Below are positions 10,680 to 21,703 of a DNA stretch of 21,703 nt, in pieces (within the stretch, counting starts at the first letter, position 1; every line of letters begins with the position of its first letter). The notes beneath the pieces are model-generated. The model was not told where the DNA came from. It saw only the letters and a program-made list of their open reading frames with translations, and did not search any database. This DNA comes from Utricularia gibba (Eukaryota; Plantae; Magnoliophyta), in assembly GCA_002189035.1 (NCBI GenBank), contig NEEC01000201.1, forward strand, positions 1-21,703, written 5' to 3'. The position numbers and the translations under genes were made by a program.

Positions 10680-13600
10680 CAATTTTCCGTCCTCACTTTC
10701 AACCAGGTCCGATGCAACGTACAAAGATGAATGGGTGGTCGTCTTCTCTCAAGCATCGACACGATTCAACGGGTTGATGGTCTCTAGTGCAAACTCCCAC
10801 GCTCTTTTAGGCGTTCACATCCATGCGCACTACTTCCTTTCTTTTCTCCGTTGCTGGACGGGCCTCGCAAGCTTTACCGTTACCTTCAGGTGTTCTGGAC
10901 TCCTTAGCGAATGGACTGGACAAGGAGACCGTTGGTCTATTATCGCGGCCGTTGAAAATATGAGGATGCGTGGAGATTAGACCAGCACTGATGCGCACGT
11001 CCATAGGACCGTAAAGTCCAACCCATGGACTCTAACCAAGTACTTCACCACTGATGTGTCGTCCAACGATACGAAGGGGGTACATCAGGATCAATGATGC
11101 AGGGTTGTAACACCAACGATACCAAGTACTTCTTAGTTTTTCCTATTGCTTTCCCTTATGATCTTCCATGGAAACAAAGTGAGACTTACGCAGAGGAGTC
11201 ACGAGTTCACTCCATGGCGGATCATGGTGCACCATCGCTACTCGTTTGAGGGTGTTTTGTTGTGCAACAAACTCAGCCAGCATCCAATGAATATTAGAAT
11301 GTGGCCAAGGACACTCCATGTACTTTCCCGATCTCCAACAACGTGCGTTGGAAACATTAACATTTTCGGATTCATTCTACGGAGCACATACGATGTGGAT
11401 GTGCTATCCAGCCGTTAGATGGCTACCACCCCGACCTCCTGAATATTTGGACACGAAAGTGGGCATGCCGCTATACGTTTGGGAGGAGAAAACCTTCGAC
11501 CATACAGGTTAAAGGATGTCATCTATATCAAACATACGTTGCGAGCCACGTAAGCTACTATTGAGTGGACATCATTGAATGAGAAATGAGTCATAGAGCA
11601 TCGAAGAACATATCGATCGTGGATCCAGAGTGTAGCCACTCCTAACCCAAAGTCCATAACTCGACCACCCAGCACTTGTGCTTCGAATCCACATAGCTCA
11701 CGGAACAAACGCACACCTCCCCTTATAATTCGACCCCCATGGCATCCACTCCTGATGCAAAATTCCATTCTCCCTCCAGGCTTTGCAAAGAAGCGGGTAA
11801 CGTGGAATGGATCGGTATTGCTTCGCAAGCAGGTCACGCCTTGCAACATGCATACTTCATACCTTACGACATTCCAATGCCTGACCTCCGGATGCCTTTT
11901 ACCCAGATTGTGGATGGAGATAGAGAAGGGATCACTTGGTTAAGCAATCGTTAAAGCCGCGTGCGCAACACGCGAGTGTGTTCCGTATGCTAACGGCTTG
12001 ACCATCATCCGATTCAGCATACTGCTCGTGCACCTTTACGAGTGTAGCCAATTTTCCGTCCTCACTTTCAACCAGGTCCGATGCAACGTACAAAGATGAA
12101 TGGGTGGTCGTCTTCTCTCAAGCATCGACACGATTCAACGGGTTGATGGTCTCTAGTGCAAACTCCCACGCTCTTTTAGGCGTTCACATCCATGCGCACT
12201 ACTTCCTTTCTTTTCTCCGTTGCTGGACGGGCCTCGCAAGCTTTACCGTTACCTTCAGGTGTTCTGGACTCCTTAGCGAATGGACTGGACAAGGAGACCG
12301 TTGGTCTATTATCGCGGCCGTTGAAAGATATGAGGATGCGTGGAGATTAGACCAGCACTGATGCGCACGTCCATAGGACCGTAAAGTCCAACCCATGGAC
12401 TCTAACCAAGTACTTCACCACTGATGTGTCGTCCAACGATACGAAGGGGGTACATCAGGATCAATGATGCAGGGTTGTAACACAACGATACCAAGTACTT
12501 CTTAGTTTTTCCTATTGCTTTCCCTTATGATCTTCCATGGAAACAAAGTGAGACTTACGCAGAGGAGTCACGAGTTCACTCCATGGCGGATCATGGTGCA
12601 CCATCGCTACTCGTTTGAGGGTGTTTTGTTGTGCAACAAACTCAGCCAGCATCCAATGAATATTAGAATGTGGCCAAGGACACTCCATGTACTTTCCCGA
12701 TCTCCAACAACGTGCGTTGGAAACATTAACATTTTCGGATTCATTCTACGGAGCACATACGATGTGGATGTGCTATCCAGCCGTTAGATGGCTACCACCC
12801 CGACCTCCTGAATATTTGGACACGAAAGTGGGCATGCCGCTATACGTTTGGGAGGAGAAAACCTTCGACCATACAGGTTAAAGGATGTCATCTATATCAA
12901 ACATACGTTGCGAGCCACGTAAGCTACTATTGAGTGGACATCATTGAATGAGAAATGAGTCATAGAGCATCGAAGAACATATCGATCGTGGATCCAGAGT
13001 GTAGCCACTCCTAACCCAAAGTCCATAACTCGACCACCCAGCACTTGTGCTTCGAATCCACATAGCTCACGGAACAAACGCACACCTCCCCTTATAATTC
13101 GACCCCCATGGCATCCACTCCTGATGCAAAATTCCATTCTCCCTCCAGGCTTTGCAAAGAAGCGGGTAACGTGGAATGGATCGGTATTGCTTCGCAAGCA
13201 GGTCACGCCTTGCAACATGCATACTTCATACCTTACGACATTCCAATGCCTGACCTCCGGATGCCTTTTACCCAGATTGTGGATGGAGATAGAGAAGGGA
13301 TCACTTGGTTAAGCAATCGTTAAAGCCGCGTGCGCAACACGCGAGTGTGTTCCGTATGCTAACGGCTTGACCATCATCCGATTCAGCATACTGCTCGTGC
13401 ACCTTTACGAGTGTAGCCAATTTTCCGTCCTCACTTTCAACCAGGTCCGATGCAACGTACAAAGATGAATGGGTGGTCGTCTTCTCTCAAGCATCGACAC
13501 GATTCAACGGGTTGATGGTCTCTAGTGCAAACTCCCACGCTCTTTTAGGCGTTCACATCCATGCGCACTACTTCCTTTCTTTTCTCCGTTGCTGGACGGG

Positions 13601-16600
13601 CCTCGCAAGCTTTACCGTTACCTTCAGGTGTTCTGGACTCCTTAGCGAATGGACTGGACAAGGAGACCGTTGGTCTATTATCGCGGCCGTTGAAAAATAT
13701 GAGGATGCGTGGAGATTAGACCAGCACTGATGCGCACGTCCATAGGACCGTAAAGTCCAACCCATGGACTCTAACCAAGTACTTCACCACTGATGTGTCG
13801 TCCAACGATACGAAGGGGGTACATCAGGATCAATGATGCAGGGTTGTAACACCAACGATACCAAGTACTTCTTAGTTTTTCCTATTGCTTTCCCTTATGA
13901 TCTTCCATGGAAACAAAGTGAGACTTACGCAGAGGAGTCACGAGTTCACTCCATGGCGGATCATGGTGCACCATCGCTACTCGTTTGAGGGTGTTTTGTT
14001 GTGCAACAAACTCAGCCAGCATCCAATGAATATTAGAATGTGGCCAAGGACACTCCATGTACTTTCCGATCTCCAACAACGTGCGTTGGAAACATTAACA
14101 TTTTCGGATTCATTCTACGGAGCACATACGATGTGGATGTGCTATCCAGCCGTTAGATGGCTACCACCCCGACCTCCTGAATATTTGGACACGAAAGTGG
14201 GCATGCCGCTATACGTTTGGGAGGAGAAAACCTTCGACCATACAGGTTAAAGGATGTCATCTATATCAAACATACGTTGCGAGCCACGTAAGCTACTATT
14301 GAGTGGACATCATTGAATGAGAAATGAGTCATAGAGCATCGAAGAACATATCGATCGTGGATCCAGAGTGTAGCCACTCCTAACCCAAAGTCCATAACTC
14401 GACCACCCAGCACTTGTGCTTCGAATCCACATAGCTCACGGAACAAACGCACACCTCCCCTTATAATTCGACCCCCATGGCATCCACTCCTGATGCAAAA
14501 TTCCATTCTCCCTCCAGGCTTTGCAAAGAAGCGGGTAACGTGGAATGGATCGGTATTGCTTCGCAAGCAGGTCACGCCTTGCAACATGCATACTTCATAC
14601 CTTACGACATTCCAATGCCTGACCTCCGGATGCCTTTTACCCAGATTGTGGATGGAGATAGAGAAGGGATCACTTGGTTAAGCAATCGTTAAAGCCGCGT
14701 GCGCAACACGCGAGTGTGTTCCGTATGCTAACGGCTTGACCATCATCCGATTCAGCATACTGCTCGTGCACCTTTACGAGTGTAGCCAATTTTCCGTCCT
14801 CACTTTCAACCAGGTCCGATGCAACGTACAAAGATGAATGGGTGGTCGTCTTCTCTCAAGCATCGACACGATTCAACGGGTTGATGGTCTCTAGTGCAAA
14901 CTCCCACGCTCTTTTAGGCGTTCACATCCATGCGCACTACTTCCTTTCTTTTCTCCGTTGCTGGACGGGCCTCGCAAGCTTTACCGTTACCTTCAGGTGT
15001 TCTGGACTCCTTAGCGAATGGACTGGACAAGGAGACCGTTGGTCTATTATCGCGGCCGTTGAAAATATGAGGATGCGTGGAGATTAGACCAGCACTGATG
15101 CGCACGTCCATAGGACCGTAAAGTCCAACCCATGGACTCTAACCAAGTACTTCACCACTGATGTGTCGTCCAACGATACGAAGGGGGTACATCAGGATCA
15201 ATGATGCAGGGTTGTAACACCAACGATACCAAGTACTTCTTAGTTTTTCCTATTGCTTTCCCTTATGATCTTCCATGGAAACAAAGTGAGACTTACGCAG
15301 AGGAGTCACGAGTTCACTCCATGGCGGATCATGGTGCACCATCGCTACTCGTTTGAGGGTGTTTTGTTGTGCAACAAACTCAGCCAGCATCCAATGAATA
15401 TTAGAATGTGGCCAAGGACACTCCATGTACTTTCCCGATCTCCAACAACGTGCGTTGGAAACATTAACATTTTCGGATTCATTCTACGGAGCACATACGA
15501 TGTGGATGTGCTATCCAGCCGTTAGATGGCTACCACCCCGACCTCCTGAATATTTGGACACGAAAGTGGGCATGCCGCTATACGTTTGGGGAGAAAACCT
15601 TCGACCATACAGGTTAAAGGATGTCATCTATATCAAACATACGTTGCGAGCCACGTAAGCTACTATTGAGTGGACATCATTGAATGAGAAATGAGTCATA
15701 GAGCATCGAAGAACATATCGATCGTGGATCCAGAGTGTAGCCACTCCTAACCCAAAGTCCATAACTCGACCACCCAGCACTTGTGCTTCGAATCCACATA
15801 GCTCACGGAACAAACGCACACCTCCCCTTATAATTCGACCCCCATGGCATCCACTCCTGATGCAAAATTCCATTCTCCCTCCAGGCTTTGCAAAGAAGCG
15901 GGTAACGTGGAATGGATCGGTATTGCTTCGCAAGCAGGTCACGCCTTGCAACATGCATACTTCATACCTTACGACATTCCAATGCCTGACCTCCGGATGC
16001 CTTTTACCCAGATTGTGGATGGAGATAGAGAAGGGATCACTTGGTTAAGCAATCGTTAAAGCCGCGTGCGCAACACGCGAGTGTGTTCCGTATGCTAACG
16101 GCTTGACCATCATCCGATTCAGCATACTGCTCGTGCACCTTTACGAGTGTAGCCAATTTTCCGTCCTCACTTTCAACCAGGTCCGATGCAACGTACAAAG
16201 ATGAATGGGTGGTCGTCTTCTCTCAAGCATCGACACGATTCAACGGGTTGATGGTCTCTAGTGCAAACTCCCACGCTCTTTTAGGCGTTCACATCCATGC
16301 GCACTACTTCCTTTCTTTTCTCCGTTGCTGGACGGGCCTCGCAAGCTTTACCGTTACCTTCAGGTGTTCTGGACTCCTTAGCGAATGGACTGGACAAGGA
16401 GACCGTTGGTCTATTATCGCGGCCGTTGAAAATATGAGGATGCGTGGAGATTAGACCAGCACTGATGCGCACGTCCATAGGACCGTAAAGTCCAACCCAT
16501 GGACTCTAACCAAGTACTTCACCACTGATGTGTCGTCCAACGATACGAAGGGGGTACATCAGGATCAATGATGCAGGGTTGTAACACCAACGATACCAAG

Positions 16601-19600
16601 TACTTCTTAGTTTTTCCTATTGCTTTCCCTTATGATCTTCCATGGAAACAAAGTGAGACTTACGCAGAGGAGTCACGAGTTCACTCCATGGCGGATCATG
16701 GTGCACCATCGCTACTCGTTTGAGGGTGTTTTGTTGTGCAACAAACTCAGCCAGCATCCAATGAATATTAGAATGTGGCCAAGGACACTCCATGTACTTT
16801 CCCGATCTCCAACAACGTGCGTTGGAAACATTAACATTTTCGGATTCATTCTACGGAGCACATACGATGTGGATGTGCTATCCAGCCGTTAGATGGCTAC
16901 CACCCCGACCTCCTGAATATTTGGACACGAAAGTGGGCATGCCGCTATACGTTTGGGAGGAGAAAACCTTCGACCATACAGGTTAAAGGATGTCATCTAT
17001 ATCAAACATACGTTGCGAGCCACGTAAGCTACTATTGAGTGGACATCATTGAATGAGAAATGAGTCATAGAGCATCGAAGAACATATCGATCGTGGATCC
17101 AGAGTGTAGCCACTCCTAACCCAAAGTCCATAACTCGACCACCCAGCACTTGTGCTTCGAATCCACATAGCTCACGGAACAAACGCACACCTCCCCTTAT
17201 AATTCGACCCCCATGGCATCCACTCCTGATGCAAAATTCCATTCTCCCTCCAGGCTTTGCAAAGAAGCGGGTAACGTGGAATGGATCGGTATTGCTTCGC
17301 AAGCAGGTCACGCCTTGCAACATGCATACTTCATACCTTACGACATTCCAATGCCTGACCTCCGGATGCCTTTTACCCAGATTGTGGATGGAGATAGAGA
17401 AGGGATCACTTGGTTAAGCAATCGTTAAAGCCGCGTGCGCAACACGCGAGTGTGTTCCGTATGCTAACGGCTTGACCATCATCCGATTCAGCATACTGCT
17501 CGTGCACCTTTACGAGTGTAGCCAATTTTCCGTCCTCACTTTCAACCAGGTCCGATGCAACGTACAAAGATGAATGGGTGGTCGTCTTCTCTCAAGCATC
17601 GACACGATTCAACGGGTTGATGGTCTCTAGTGCAAACTCCCACGCTCTTTTAGGCGTTCACATCCATGCGCACTACTTCCTTTCTTTTCTCCGTTGCTGG
17701 ACGGGCCTCGCAAGCTTTACCGTTACCTTCAGGTGTTCTGGACTCCTTAGCGAATGGACTGGACAAGGAGACCGTTGGTCTATTATCGCGGCCGTTGAAA
17801 ATATGAGGATGCGTGGAGATTAGACCAGCACTGATGCGCACGTCCATAGGACCGTAAAGTCCAACCCATGGACTCTAACCAAGTACTTCACCACTGATGT
17901 GTCGTCCAACGATACGAAGGGGGTACATCAGGATCAATGATGCAGGGTTGTAACACCAACGATACCAAGTACTTCTTAGTTTTTCCTATTGCTTTCCCTT
18001 ATGATCTTCCATGGAAACAAAGTGAGACTTACGCAGAGGAGTCACGAGTTCACTCCATGGCGGATCATGGTGCACCATCGCTACTCGTTTGAGGGTGTTT
18101 TGTTGTGCAACAAACTCAGCCAGCATCCAATGAATATAGAATGTGGCCAAGGACACTCCATGTACTTTCCCGATCTCCAACAACGTGCGTTGGAAACATT
18201 AACATTTTCGGATTCATTCTACGGAGCACATACGATGTGGATGTGCTATCCAGCCGTTAGATGGCTACCACCCCGACCTCCTGAATATTTGGACACGAAA
18301 GTGGGCATGCCGCTATACGTTTGGGAGGAGAAAACCTTCGACCATACAGGTTAAAGGATGTCATCTATATCAAACATACGTTGCGAGCCACGTAAGCTAC
18401 TATTGAGTGGACATCATTGAATGAGAAATGAGTCATAGAGCATCGAAGAACATATCGATCGTGGATCCAGAGTGTAGCCACTCCTAACCCAAAGTCCATA
18501 ACTCGACCACCCAGCACTTGTGCTTCGAATCCACATAGCTCACGGAACAAACGCACACCTCCCCTTATAATTCGACCCCCATGGCATCCACTCCTGATGC
18601 AAAATTCCATTCTCCCTCCAGGCTTTGCAAAGAAGCGGGTAACGTGGAATGGATCGGTATTGCTTCGCAAGCAGGTCACGCCTTGCAACATGCATACTTC
18701 ATACCTTACGACATTCCAATGCCTGACCTCCGGATGCCTTTTACCCAGATTGTGGATGGAGATAGAGAAGGGATCACTTGGTTAAGCAATCGTTAAAGCC
18801 GCGTGCGCAACACGCGAGTGTGTTCCGTATGCTAACGGCTTGACCATCATCCGATTCAGCATACTGCTCGTGCACCTTTACGAGTGTAGCCAATTTTCCG
18901 TCCTCACTTTCAACCAGGTCCGATGCAACGTACAAAGATGAATGGGTGGTCGTCTTCCTCAAGCATCGACACGATTCAACGGGTTGATGGTCTCTAGTGC
19001 AAACTCCCACGCTCTTTTAGGCGTTCACATCCATGCGCACTACTTCCTTTCTTTTCTCCGTTGCTGGACGGGCCTCGCAAGCTTTACCGTTACCTTCAGG
19101 TGTTCTGGACTCCTTAGCGAATGGACTGGACAAGGAGACCGTTGGTCTATTATCGCGGCCGTTGAAAGATATGAGGATGCGTGGAGATTAGACCAGCACT
19201 GATGCGCACGTCCATAGGACCGTAAAGTCCAACCCATGGACTCTAACCAAGTACTTCACCACTGATGTGTCGTCCAACGATACGAAGGGGGTACATCAGG
19301 ATCAATGATGCAGGGTTGTAACACCAACGATACCAAGTACTTCTTAGTTTTTCCTATTGCTTTCCCTTATGATCTTCCATGGAAACAAAGTGAGACTTAC
19401 GCAGAGGAGTCACGAGTTCACTCCATGGCGGATCATGGTGCACCATCGCTACTCGTTTGAGGGTGTTTTGTTGTGCAACAAACTCAGCCAGCATCCAATG
19501 AATACTAGAATGTGGCCAAGGACACTCCATGTACTTTCCCGATCTCCAACAACGTGCGTTGGAAACATTAACATTTTCGGATTCATTCTACGGAGCACAT

Positions 19601-20490
19601 ACGATGTGGATGTGCTATCCAGCCGTTAGATGGCTACCACCCCGACCTCCTGAATATTTGGACACGAAAGTGGGCATGCCGCTATACGTTTGGGAGGAGA
19701 AAACCTTCGACCATACAGGTTAAAGGATGTCATCTATATCAACATACGTTGCGAGCCACGTAAGCTACTATTGAGTGGACATTTGAATGAGAAATGAGTC
19801 ATAGAGCATCGAAGAACATATCGATCGTGGATCCAGAGTGTAGCCACTCCTAACCCAAAGTCCATAACTCGACCACCCAGCACTTGTGCTTCGAATCCAC
19901 ATAGCTCACGGAACAAACGCACACCTCCCCTTATAATTCGACCCCATGGCATCCACTCCTGATGCAAAATTCCATTCTCCCTCCAGGCTTTGCAAAGAAG
20001 CGGGTAACGTGGAATGGATCGGTATTGCTTCGCAAGCAGGTCACGCCTTGCAACATGCATACTTCATACCTTACGACATTCCAATGCCTGACCTCCGGAT
20101 GCCTTTTACCCAGATTGTGGATGGACATAGAGAAGGGATCACTCGGTTAAGCAATCGTTAAAGCCGCGTGCGCAACACGCGAGTGTGTTCCGTATGCTAA
20201 CGGCTTGACCATCATCCGATTCAGCATACTGCTCGTGCACCTTTACGAGTGTAGCCAATTTTCCGTCCTCACTTTCAACCAGGTCCGATGCAACGTACAA
20301 AGATGAATGGTGGTCGTCTTCCCTCAAGCATCGACACGATTCAACGGGTTGATGGTCTCTAGTGCAAACTCCCACGCTCTTTTAGGCGTTCACATCCATG
20401 CGCACTACTTCCTTTCTTTTCTCCGTTGCTGGACGGGCCTCGCAAGCTTTGCCGTTACCTTCAGGTGTTCTGGACTCCTTAGCGAATGGA

Positions 20491-21703
20491 CTGGACAAGG
20501 AGACCGTTGGTCTATTATCGCGGCCGTTGAAAGATATGAGGATGCGTGGAGATTAGACCAGCACTGATGCGCACGTCCATAGGACCGTAAAGTCCAACCC
20601 ATGGACTCTAACCAAGTACTTCACCACTGATGTGTCGTCCAACGATACGAAGGGGGTACATCAGGATCAATGATGCAGGGTTGTAACACCAACAGGATCC
20701 CATACTTCTTAGTTTTTCCTATTGCTTTCCCTTATGATCTTCCATGGAAACAAAGTGAGACTTACGCAGAGGAGTCACGAGTTCACTCCATGGCGGATCA
20801 TGCACCATCGCTACTCGTTTGAGGGTGTTTTGTTGTGCAACAAACTCAGCCAGCATCCAATGAATACTAGAATGTGGCCAAGGACACTCCATGTACTTTC
20901 CATCTCCAACAACGTGCGTTGGAAACATTAACATTTTCGGATTCATTCTACGGAGCACATACGATGTGGATGTGCTATCCAGCCGTTAGATGGCTACCAC
21001 CCCGACCTCCTGAATATTTGGACACGAAAGTGGCATGCCGCTATACGTTTGGGAGGAGAAAACCTTCGACCATACAGTTTAAAGGATGTCATCTATATCA
21101 AACATACGTTGCGAGCCACGTAAGCTACTATTGAGTGGACATCATTGAATGAGAAATGAGTCATAGAGCATCGAAGAACATATCGATCGTGGATCCAGAG
21201 TGTAGCCACTCCTAACCCAAAGTCCATAACTCGACCACCCAGCACTTGTGCTTCGAATCCACATAGCTCACGGAACAAACGCACACCTCCCTTATAATTC
21301 GACCCCCATGGCATCCACTCCTGATGCAAAATTCCATTCTCCCTCCAGGCTTTGCAAAGAAGCGGGTAACGTGGAATGGATCGGTATTGCTTCGCAAGCA
21401 GGTCACGCCTTGCAACATGCATACTTCATACCTTAGACATTCCAATGCCTGACCTCCGGATGCCTTTTACCCAGATTGTGGATGGAATAGAGAAGGATCA
21501 CTCGGTTAAGCAATCGTTAAAGCCGCGTGCGCAACACGCGAGTGTGTTCCGTATGCTAACGGCTTGACCATCATCCGATTCAGCATACTGCTCGTGCACC
21601 TTTACGAGTGTAGCCAATTTTCCGTCCTCACTTTCAACCAGGTCCGATGCAACGTACAAAGATGAATGGGTGGTCGTCTTCCCTCAAGCATCGACACGAT
21701 TCA
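20491..21703. repeat. Copy 16: partial monomer (1,213 bp) with many private indels
   Basis: Seen in sequence. It is colinear with the consensus up to the window end. Private changes lie near 20693-20703, 20801, 20900, 21032, 21077, 21434, 21486 and 21495. Confidence 0.93.

Larger units (their letters stand above)
9547..10915. repeat. Representative core-haplotype monomer (copy 8, 1,369 bp), used as the reference for motif coordinates
   Basis: Seen in sequence. It differs from neighbouring copies by only 1-3 bases. The sequence is complex, with no internal minisatellite and only short (9-12 nt) internal duplications. Confidence 0.97.
1..21703. repeat. Tandem array of a ~1,369-bp monomer, ~15.9 copies, running off both ends of the window
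   Basis: Seen in sequence. The anchor CTGGACAAGGAGACCG starts at 1, 1336, 2704, 4070, 5439, 6808, 8177, 9547, 10916, 12285, 13654, 15023, 16390, 17759, 19126 and 20491. Periods are 1335, 1368, 1366, 1369, 1369, 1369, 1370, 1369, 1369, 1369, 1369, 1367, 1369, 1367 and 1365. All copies are in the same orientation with no spacer. Copies are numbered 1-16 from this anchor; the phase is arbitrary. Confidence 0.99.

Noticed and set aside
10675-10686. GTAGCCAATTTT resembling the dinoflagellate spliced leader; spliced-leader gene array considered because of the ~1.4 kb period
   Set aside because: It lacks the GGCTCAAG end. I found no trypanosomatid or nematode SL exon either.
10809-10816. AGGCGTTC resembling kinetoplast minicircle CSB-1
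   Set aside because: There is no CSB-3 (GGGGTTGGTGTA) at the expected spacing or anywhere else in the monomer.
229-21567. The ~150 ORFs of the supplied track as genes
   Set aside because: They are the same few 60-120 aa frames repeated per monomer. They overlap on both strands, change with single-base indels, and show no domain I recognise.
1-21703. CRISPR array
   Set aside because: There are no short repeats separated by unique spacers, since the entire 1.37-kb unit repeats, and no cas genes.

Overview
The whole 21.7 kb window is one head-to-tail tandem array of a ~1,369-bp monomer: 15 full copies plus a 1,213-bp partial, with no unique flank at either end. GC is about 46-47% (sampled by hand), CpG is not depleted, and central copies differ by only a few bases. 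I cannot recognise any protein-coding gene, RNA gene, transposon or CRISPR array; the ORF track is the same few short ORFs repeated once per monomer. The informative structure lies between copies. About 13 recurrent variable sites form a core haplotype (about copies 5-14) flanked on both sides by an edge haplotype. There is also a strict 2-copy alternation in copies 4-11 and a variant confined to copies 9 and 11-14. The array is either a chromosomal macrosatellite or a multimer of a small non-coding circular replicon. Part of the between-copy pattern may be a long-read consensus artefact, and raw reads are needed to decide.
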